Source of the DNA: Syncephalis fuscata S228
Lineage: Eukaryota; Fungi; Zoopagomycota
Direction of reading: 5' to 3'
Assembly: GCA_025786725.1 (NCBI GenBank)
Contig: JAHLTZ010000003.1
Span: 868,001-932,000 of the forward strand
DNA: 64,000 bases
Both the position numbers and the translations under genes were made by a program. The notes beneath the pieces are model-generated. The model was not told the origin of the DNA. It saw only the letters and a program-made list of their open reading frames with translations, and made no database searches. Of the stretch, positions 13,187 to 22,204 are shown in pieces (position 1 is the first letter of the stretch; the number at the start of each line of letters is the position of its first letter).

Positions 13187-13771
13187 CTTGTTAAATAAAT
13201 ACTACTTCACTCATTATCTTCGCTTATTGGTTATCACTTATCGCACCTGCAATTCTTAGAGCATGCAAAGTGAGTGCGTTTGTAAGACGTTGGACTAAAG
13301 ATGATCCTGCCGCTTTTGGCTGAACTTCCATAATATCTCCAGAGCGGCCAACACCGTGACTAAATCTATTGTATGTGCGCAAACCAATCAATGCGTATTG
13401 CTGCGTTGCAATAGACAATTCTATGACCTACCCGTAATGACGACGCGCCACTAAAGAGTTAATAACTCGACCTTCGCGTTCACCTACACCGGCACTTTCT
13501 AATTGATATAGGGCCGCGGTAAAATGAAACCACAGTAAGAAATACAAAGCTCAGTACTTACGGGCAAAATTATTTGAATCCATGCCTGCAAATTCGGAAC
13601 AACCAAACAATATTTCTTCCGACCAGCCTGCCATTGGTAAAGTGCGTTGAGCAAGTAGCGTACGTAAGTGTGTGGTCGCGTGTTTCGTGCTGCTGCTGCC
13701 TGCAAAATATGGCCTGACGCTGTTTGACCAAGTAAGTCGGCCGCCAATTCCTGTAGCTGTGATTGATCCAT
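11700..13771 (-). CDS. SEPSECS: O-phosphoseryl-tRNA(Sec) selenium transferase (selenocysteine synthase), 10 exons, about 505 aa if the exon 1 indels are corrected
   Basis: Exons: 13562-13771, 13432-13498, 13247-13365, 13003-13167, 12795-12948, 12552-12738, 12341-12499, 12193-12286, 12025-12112, 11700-11970. All introns are GT-AG and exons 2-10 are phase-consistent. Motifs: [108 protein letters not shown] (PLP lysine), [22 protein letters not shown]. These are collinear with human SEPSECS. Confidence 0.95.
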
Positions 13772-14464
13772 AACCAAAAGAGTGAATAAAAATTAATGAT
13801 GAACGTGTGCTTACAATTATTTGGGCACAATTATTTGATACAATTTTATACAATGTTACTAATCAGTAGAAGCATTCGTGTGAACTTATTGCAAAGGACT
13901 GCAATGGTGTACAATGACATCATCATCTGTCTCATTGTGGCTAATTTGACATGGAATACAATAAAAACGTCACTTTATACCACTGCTACCTTTGCTATAC
14001 AATTATGCCAATGCTTTTATTATCATTAGCGTATATAAATTTTATTAAATAAAATGCTTTGGTGATTGTAAATACACGTTTATTTTTAATTTCTATTCAT
14101 TTTGCTTTTTACGAGCTAATAAAAAAAACATTAGTTGAATACTAGCCAATTTTCAGGCGTAAATTTAAATAATTTTGATTTAAGTAGTGAATTTATGTTT
14201 TTGCATGACTTTTTTTATACGACGCAACTAATCAGAAAACGATATGTTATTTTTCCGATTAGCAATAAAGCAAAAAAGAATTTATAGACATTTAAATAAA
14301 TTTAGTAAGTGAATAGAATACTTTAAGCTAATAGCTTATTAATTAAAGCATAAGATTATGTTTATTAAAACATTGATTATTGGTTGGCTGGCTAGTATTT
14401 ATATTAGTAGTTATACAAGATGTTCAGGTTTTAGATTAATGATAAACGTCATGGTAATCAAAAT

Positions 14465-15587
14465 GTTGTGATTTAATAAAGACTATAATGGATAGCATAA
14501 TAGATTTATAAATTGAATGAACAAGTAGATACATAAACGCACATGCATACACACATAATAGTATTACCAGACGCGAATCCATTGGCGCCATCGACTTATA
14601 GGTGTGGTGGGACAGTTGTTCGAGCTTTTTACTAGTTTAATGTATTCTTGACGAAAACGTACCACTGAATGATCTTCCAGTTGTTGACGTATTTCGTTGG
14701 CTGCTTCGTATAAATCAACGAGACTACAATCTCTATGGTATTGTTGTTGGTGTTGTAGACCCGATTCCATTATATCTGGCGTTGATTCGTTACTTTGGGG
14801 ATAAAGACTGCGATCGACTCGTTGTAGTAGTCGTTCACGTAGTGGCGTAGATACCGGTACTTCGTAGGGTGCACCAGGACGAATAAAAGCATCAACGATA
14901 TTGCGCAGTTGAATGTTGGTAGCGGCACGGGAAAGCGGAGGACGACGTATGGTCATACTACCACCACCACCACCACCACTAGAAGTGGTCATGTTAAATG
15001 ATGGTGATAGTGGTGACGATGGTGGTGATGATGACGATGAGACCATTGGCTGTGCAGCAGGCAGTGTCGTAAGTGTTGGTGATCGAAGGGGAAAGTTATA
15101 CGCTGATCGGGCCGATGGTGGTGGCGGTGTTGGTGCACGATCAGCTAACAAGTAAGACTGGCGTACGGAAAGATTATCCTCCCAATGGGCAGGTCGACCA
15201 TGTGTATCCGTCATCGGTGATGATCGATGATGATGATGCGGGTCATATCTTGGTGCTCGGTCGATACCAGTAATACGGGCCTGAAGATGAGTGACAGTTT
15301 CGTAGAATAAAAGTGATTCAAGACTAAGATCGTGCATGCAAAACGATCGGAATCTTGGTAGTAGATCGGGGCAAGCAAGAATGTTATCTAGTGTGATAGA
15401 TGAAGCTTGTGGCTCATGTTGGCTACTACGCGGTATTGGTGTTGGTTGCCACGAGGCAATTCTATCCCGATAGGCATTCAAGTGTGGAATAGTAGTGGGC
15501 GATGGCGGTGGCGGATAAAGAGATGTAGGCGATGTAGGATGTGATAGAGATAAATAAAGTGGAATAGACGTTTTATTAAGTGTTTTA
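14465..15587. repeat. Inverted repeat B, left arm (reverse complement of 26201-27327)
   Basis: Same RGS C-terminal translation and 3' UTR. Differences seen: one GGT codon, K/E and I/V substitutions, and a 1-nt indel in the UTR. Confidence 0.95.
14564..15587 (-). pseudogene. 5'-truncated duplicate of the 7TM-RGS gene at 24915-27227 (RGS half only)
   Basis: Nearly identical to the C-terminal ~340 aa of the 789-aa ORF. All TM helices and the native ATG are missing; the ORF-track start is a TTG inside the adjacent repeat. Confidence 0.85.
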
Positions 15588-15906
15588 GTCAAATGTTTTA
15601 ATATCAATTTAATAAAAAATACTATTAATATCAAATGACTTTAACTTATGACAATAGCTTAAATCAGCAGATTTATGACAAAATTTGTAATTGTATAAAC
15701 TCTGATAATAAATTAAAATGAATTGGCTTATAAAAGCCATCTTTATTATTATTTAAGCAGCAGTATTATGTATTTATAGCATTATTGAATAATAAAAGTT
15801 ACAAAGCTAAAAATTACTGATGGGAAAAAGTTAATTACAATAAATGCAACAATTTTAATTTAAAACTTTGCTTATTTACGTAATTTAGTTAATTGTAGCA
15901 ATATTA
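15585..15906 (+). repeat. Direct repeat C, copy 1 (about 322 bp, very AT-rich)
   Basis: TTAGTCAAATG...GTAGCAATATTA recurs at 19446-19769; differences are a 2-nt poly-A length change and one SNP. Confidence 0.95.
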
Positions 15907-16507
15907 ATGACAATGCCAATCGTGTTTTATTTGTCAAAAGACTTTCAACGATATACTTGCGCTAACTGCAACTTAAAAACACAATAAAAAATATGATATG
16001 TAGAAATTAGTACTAATAGTATTAAAACAGTAGTTGATGTTGAAATAAGCGTTTTTATTGAAAAACAAATACAAACTACTAATGAAACAGCTATAAAAAA
16101 CATGCCATTAAAGAGTATTTAATTTGCGATAAACGTCATTACAAAAACAAAGTGTAGGGCAAACAAAAAAGATTTTATTAGTAAATAAATTTAATAAATT
16201 TTAAAAAGAAGACTTTATTATAATGAAATTTAAAAACTATGTATTTTCTAATTATAATACTCTAATTGTATCGTTAATACCATCTATTGATAACAGTAAT
16301 TAATTAAAAACGTATTTTCAATAACAAAAATTAATACCGGCTACACCAGCAGTGTTAGCACACTCTGCAACTCAATGCTTTAGCCGTTAACCATATTTTA
16401 TCTCTGTTTTTTAATATACTTCATTTTAATAAAATATGGTGACTAATATCAGTTTAAAAAAGTTTTTTTCTAATTAAAATAAAAAACGGGTTTTTTCAAG
16501 ATTCCCC
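15585..16507 (+). mobile_element. Probable right part of a degenerate Mutator-like (MULE) DNA transposon, ending in a TIR-like end
   Basis: Ends ...AAAAAACGGGTTTTTTCAAGATTCCCC at 16507. Its reverse complement GGGAATCTTGAAAAA matches GGGAATTTTGAAAAA at 18834 (14/15). It shares repeat C with the relic at 18834-19769. Confidence 0.4.
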
Positions 16508-17074
16508 TTAATTATATGTGGTAATAAAAACAAATTTATTTTTTGCCTAAATGAGTCGGTGCCTCCTTAGCTTTTTGTTAAATGGTCAACAGCAATGGGT
16601 AAAAACAATGGGTCATGTTTCACCATCTGATTATTACATTGCACGTGCATTAATGCGATAATGATTTTGGCAATTATACATGATAAGCCAAGTTCACTTA
16701 CTTAATGTACTGCTTTTGCGACTTGGTTTCACGTCGCCTAGCGTAAATAGCGGCTTTTTGTCTATCAATAATCTAACTGGTGTTTGATAAAAAATATGGG
16801 AACAGAGTACATGTGGCACATATGTTTCAACACTTAAAGGCTTTGAATGTTAACATTGTAAAGAATTGATTAGAGTAACAAGTTGTATTGATAATCAAAT
16901 TTCTTATTTAAAGCACGTATTTGTTGGCCTAATTGCCATAAAATATACCAAACAAACAAGCAACCCATTCTTGACTTACGCTTACGTTCTTTTACGCTTC
17001 ATTTTACAAACAATCTCTACACCAAACTATTTTTTACTCGTTTATCACCACTGTCAAGTTAACACCATTTTATC

Positions 17075-18256
17075 ATGAAATTCGTATCTGCTCTATCCTT
17101 GGTCTCTGCCATTCTTTTGGCTGTAACACCCATTAACGGTGCCATTCTTGAAGATAACGCATTCCAGGCCAGCGACAACTCTCTCTTGTCCGAGGTCAAA
17201 GGAACCTACATTGTCAAGCTTCGCGCTGGAAGCGATGCTAAGCAATTCATTGCTCAGACCAACAACTTTGTTGGAAAGAAGTACAAGCACACCTACAACT
17301 CCAAGTCATTCCAAGGTTTCGCCACCCAGCTTTCTGAAAACGAAGTTAAAAGACTACAGAAGGACTCACGTGTTGAATATGTCGAAGAAGATGGCATTAT
17401 GCAAATCACAGCCAACCAAGTCACTCCACCCAGCTGGGGTCTGACGCGTGTTTCTGAACGCGCTCTCGATCTCACCAAGCCATTTGTTTATCCAGACACT
17501 GCTGGTGAAGGTGTCGACATCTGGGTCATTGATACCGGTATCCAAGAATCCCATGCCGATTTTGGAGGCCGCGCCAAATTGATCAAGAGCTTCGTCACCG
17601 GCGAAGCTAATGCCGATTTGAACGGTCACGGCACTCATGTTGCCGGCACTGTTGGTTCGGCCACCTATGGTGTTGCCAAAAAGGCCAAGATCTACGGTGT
17701 TAAAGCATTTAATAGCAGCGGTTCTGGTACCGCTTCCGGCGTACTTGCCAGTATTCAATATGTTACTCAAAATGCTCGTCCTGGCAAATCCGTTGTAAAC
17801 ATGTCGTTTGGCGGCAGCAAGTCCAAGGCAGTTGATGATGCCGTAAATGACGCTGTTAAGGCTGGAATTGCCTTTATCGTTGCTGCTGGTAACAATGCTG
17901 GCGATGCCTGTGAAGGCTCTCCATCTAGTGCCTCCAGTGCATTCGCCGTTGCTGCCAGCGACAAGACTGATAAGCAAGCCTACTTCTCAAACTTCGGAAA
18001 CTGTGTCAAGGTCTACGCTCCAGGTGTCGATATTACCTCATTGTGGAGGGGTAATAACGGTGCCAAAAATACCATCTCTGGCACTTCTATGGCCTCTCCT
18101 CACGTTGCTGGTATTGCCGCACTTTACCTAGCCAGCGGCAAATACTCCACCGTCAACGCCCTTTACGGTGCTCTTGTCAGCAATGCTACCCCCAATGTTA
18201 TTTCCAATCCAACTAAGGGCACGCCAAACAAGCTGATCTACAGCAAAACAGCTTAA
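17075..18256 (+). CDS. Secreted subtilisin (S8A, proteinase K-like) with I9 propeptide; intronless
   Basis: Signal peptide MKFVSALSLVSAILLAVTPING, propeptide YIVKL...VEYVEEDG, catalytic triad motifs IDTGI, HGTHVAG and GTSMASPHVAG, and oxyanion motif AAGN. Confidence 0.97.
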   Translation: MKFVSALSLVSAILLAVTPINGAILEDNAFQASDNSLLSEVKGTYIVKLRAGSDAKQFIAQTNNFVGKKYKHTYNSKSFQGFATQLSENEVKRLQKDSRVEYVEEDGIMQITANQVTPPSWGLTRVSERALDLTKPFVYPDTAGEGVDIWVIDTGIQESHADFGGRAKLIKSFVTGEANADLNGHGTHVAGTVGSATYGVAKKAKIYGVKAFNSSGSGTASGVLASIQYVTQNARPGKSVVNMSFGGSKSKAVDDAVNDAVKAGIAFIVAAGNNAGDACEGSPSSASSAFAVAASDKTDKQAYFSNFGNCVKVYAPGVDITSLWRGNNGAKNTISGTSMASPHVAGIAALYLASGKYSTVNALYGALVSNATPNVISNPTKGTPNKLIYSKTA

Positions 18257-18833
18257 ATTTTTAGCAGACTGTAAACACTTACGTACTGATTTTCGTATAA
18301 TGAAGCAAGCTAAGCGTATTTAATGAATAAAATAATGATAAACATTTAAATTAAGTATTCATAATTTATTGTTTTAATAATTTAAATATTAATACTGGCA
18401 CGTCGTCGTGATAGCTTGGCATCTTCTATATTGTTAAGCAGCTTTGACATAGTTTGCTAAGAATGAAACGGTATTAGAATGGCTTTAAATCGATAGCATT
18501 TGTTTTTTACCTGCATGTTATTAAATAGTTTACTAGTTTCTATATCAAATGAAATGCTTTCAGACTGAATCATTGTAATTTGATCCTATTGTAACAACAA
18601 CTTTTTTTTACGACAACCTAAGTGTTAGAAGTATGACAATATTAGTTACACCACCTTCACTGCACTTATATAAATAATATTAGTATGTAGCCGATAATCC
18701 CCGACAGTCCCTGACGGACCCTTGACTATTTTCTGATATGGAAATGACGCATTTAGCACGTTAGCTTAATGCGATTGCTAACAAATAGCACAATTATAAA
18801 TATTTAACAATATATACACACAATAAAATATTA

Positions 18834-19769
18834 GGGAATTTTGAAAAATACATTGTTTTTTAAATTTTATTTATTAAAATACACCGTTTTGAAAAATCCG
18901 CCAAAAATCTACCAAACTACTTAAAGAGGCTATATTTAACAGTATTGAAGAACTAAGGGCCGCTGTTGACGAGTTTAAGCTTGTTAACAGTTGCAAGTTT
19001 AAGAAAAAAATATTTATTTAACAAGATTACAGCCTATTTGTCCTTATGAAGATTGTTCCAGCAGCAGATGTCAGTTTGTTTTGATTGCCAGAAAGCAGAA
19101 AACTGACCTAGTAAAAATTATCCAGTGCAATATTAAACATTTTAACGGTTGTTCATATAATTATGATAATACCAATATTAAATCTATTGCTAAATATATC
19201 ACAAATGATGCTGCTACATTTTTAAATGTAAAATCAAAAGATGTACAATTAAAAGCATTAAGCACATATTTAATTATTTAATACACACTAACAATTATAA
19301 TAGCTTAATGAATGCTATTATATTTTATTACAAAGCTTGGTCTGCTTTGATTCAATAAAAATGAATGATATTGTTACAACAACAGTAATAAAATAATGTA
19401 ACTTTGATCAAACAGCTAAATGGGAAAAAAAATAGAAATAGTAGCTTAGTCAAATGTTTTAATATCAATTTAATAAAAAAAATACTATTAATATCAAATG
19501 ACTTTAACTTATGACAATAGCTTAAATCAGCAGATTTATGACAAAATTTGTAATTGTATAAACTCTGATAATAAATTAAAATGAATTGGCTTATAAAAGC
19601 CATCTTTATTATTATTTAAGCAGCAGTATTATGTATTTATAGCATTATTGAATAATAAAAGTTACAAAGCTAAAAATTACTGATGGGAAAAAGTTAATTA
19701 CAATAAATACAACAATTTTAATTTAAAACTTTGCTTATTTACGTAATTTAGTTAATTGTAGCAATATTA
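18834..19769 (+). mobile_element. Degenerate Mutator-like (MULE) transposon, left part: TIR-like end plus broken transposase DNA-binding domain
   Basis: GGGAATTTTGAAAAA end at 18834. Broken frames at 18914-19281 read 'IFNSIEELRAAVDEFKLVNSCKFKKK' and 'CPYEDCSSSRCQFVLIARKQKTDLVKIIQCNIKHFNGC', matching the F-x-S-x-x-E-L-x-x-A-V...C...C...H..C pattern of MuDR-family zinc-binding domains. Confidence 0.55.
19446..19769 (+). repeat. Direct repeat C, copy 2
   Basis: About 99% identical to 15585-15906. Confidence 0.95.
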
Positions 19770-19929
19770 GATTGTGCTAACCATTAATAAAAATAATTTA
19801 ATTTAATAATGCTATTATAATATCATGCAATTAGTTAGATTTTATTACACAAATACAAATCAATATCTAAATACTAAAAGTCTTCAACAGTTACTGATAG
19901 TTTAGAAAAGCGGTGATACATTTGTGAAT

Positions 19930-21456
19930 TAACCAATAATATCTATAGGCGCAACAAAGCAGGCGGCACAAGCTTCTCTGGTTGTGCCTATCGCTACAGG
20001 TATGGCCATATCGCTGTGCTTGGCCACTTTGCGGAATCAGCGACCAAATGCACGCTATGTCATCTGGCCACGTATTGACCAGAAATCCGCATTTAAGGCT
20101 ATTCTAAGTGCTGGTATGTGTTTTGCCGGCACAGTCTAGTATAACGCTTATTAACAAACGTAGCTAGGCCTAGAGCCTGTTATTGTGGCAAATCGTCTTA
20201 ATGGAGATCAAGTATGCACGGACATGGATGCGCTAGAAAAGACGGTGAACGCCATGAGGCCAGAGTCCATTGTCTGCATACTCTCGACTACGAGTTGCTT
20301 TGCACCGCGCATTCCTGATAAGTAAGCTACATAAGCTATGCTAAAAAAAAGTCCTGCATACTGATTTAGTTAAACAGCTTAAGTCGCATATCTCAACTGT
20401 GTGCCAAATTCAATATTCCTCACTTAGTAAACAATGCCTATGGTGTGCAATCACGTCGCTGCATGAACGCTGTATCAGAGGCAGCACGCCACATGTACAC
20501 AAAGGAAGTAAAGGATCCATTGTTGCTTGTAGTTCAAAGTACTGACAAGAACTTTCTAGTTCCTGTAAGTATACAGATTCAACAAACCATCTCGTCGCTG
20601 ACTAATACTCGTTCAGGTTGGCGGCGCTGTTGTCTTTAGTCCCAGCAAAACGCTTTTGGCCAACGTGGCAAAATCCTATCCTGGCCGTGCATCAATAACA
20701 CCCATTCTAGATGTATTCATCACGTTACTCACACTAGGTGAAACTGGCTATCGCAAGTTGTTAAGCGATCGCAAGGTAAGACCACGTTTTGCGTTTGTAA
20801 TAGCAATAAAGCCAATTACCGACTGGTAGGAAGTCTACGATTATCTTTCTGACCAGTTGTCAGCGATTGCAGTCGAGCTAGGCACGCGTGTGCTAGACAC
20901 GCCACGCAATGATATTTCAATGGGTAGGTTGCGTGCTACACACACACACACACACACGCCTCGGACCATCATATCCATATAAGCTAAGCAATACCTGTTA
21001 GCACTATCGCTTGAGCCTTTATTGGCCAGCGGAAAATCATTAACGGATTTAGGCGCTATGCTATTTGCCCATCGAGTCACTGGAGCAAGGTAACCCCGCG
21101 TATTACAATCTGCCATATTAAATTAATATTTCCATTTTTATAGAGTTGTTACAAGCACAGATATCAAGCAGATTGACCGGTTTAAGTTTGAAGGATATGG
21201 CGCACATATAGATATCTATGGCCCGACAGCTTCTACAAGCTCGGTCAACTCAGCGGTGTGCACAGCACAGCAGAAAGTGAGTACTGTTTGCCCGTATATG
21301 ACCGTAGCAGCAGCACAGGGCATGCATAAAGAAGAGGTCGATTTATTAATTCGTCGATTACAATCTGTTTGGCAGACCTTTTGCACCAAAGTTGACAAAA
21401 CAAATAAAGAATAATCTATTGGTTTTATTAACTAATTAACAATGGGAAGATTTACG
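19930..21456. repeat. Inverted repeat A, right arm
   Basis: Reverse complement of 11658-13186. It starts inside SepSecS intron 3 and ends about 40 nt after the stop codon. Confidence 0.95.
19949..21414 (+). pseudogene. SEPSECS: 5'-truncated SepSecS copy (exons 4-10 intact, exons 1-3 absent)
   Basis: Exons 19949-20113, 20168-20321, 20378-20564, 20617-20775, 20830-20923, 21002-21089 and 21144-21414. Upstream sequence is unrelated AT-rich DNA. Confidence 0.9.
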
Positions 21457-22204
21457 TCAAATCCGTATTTTTAAATCATTCAGTCATTATATTTTATAAC
21501 AAAGACTGTAGAAAGTATTTCGGTACCCGTGTCAAGCTTAAAATTTTGTTGCTGAATTATTATTGGGCCCAATTAGGCAATGCCGTCATTTAAACTCGTG
21601 GCAGCAATTACTATTTTATTCGAATTGCCAAACTAGGCAGTGTACATGTGAGGCGCATCCGTATTGCTTTGCCGATTTTTAAGTTATAGCTCCGATTTTT
21701 AATGCCGCTCACCTGAGAATAGTTCGGACAACTAAAGATCGAAAATATAGCGAGAAAAAAACGAAAATAGCCACCATAATAGTTTTATTTTGACAAAACA
21801 ACTGTATGGCCACGTGCTCGTACTTTTAACAGCTAATGGAAGGCTACTAGAAAATTATATTAGCTGATTCTTGCACTCAACTCCGTCTATCCCAGTTAAA
21901 CACTTGCTGTCCTTGTCCTTTCTATTCTACCGTCTTTCCTTCTTTTTTATTACGATCAATATTTGCGATAGTTGTATAACCTATTCTTCGGTATAGACTA
22001 TACGGCTTCGATAACGAGTTTCATTCTACATCAACAACATAGCAAGCGTGACGCGCCGTTGACGGCGATTGCCGATAACCACTGAGCTTCCTCGCTTTAA
22101 TCATTTATTTTTGCTTATTACTTAGACAAACAACTTATATATACGCGTTCGTACAGCCACCATACACGCAGCAATAGCAACAGCAATAACCGGTATTTTT
22201 GATC

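Noticed and set aside
13551-13853. Alternative in-frame upstream start for SepSecS
   Set aside because: It begins at TTG and the N-terminal part is non-homologous. The ATG at 13771 gives the expected length and helix-1 similarity.
17093-18131. Overlapping ORFs within the subtilisin gene, including a 203-aa antisense ORF
   Set aside because: Explained by the codon bias of the real gene; no motifs.
16508-18833. Subtilisin as classical Pack-MULE cargo
   Set aside because: The TIR-like ends face the wrong way, so the gene is outside both, and no matching 9-11 bp target-site duplication was seen.
15585-19769. Direct repeats as LTRs of a retrotransposon
   Set aside because: No TG...CA termini, PBS, gag/pol or target-site duplication. 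The sequence fits internal DNA-transposon remnants better.
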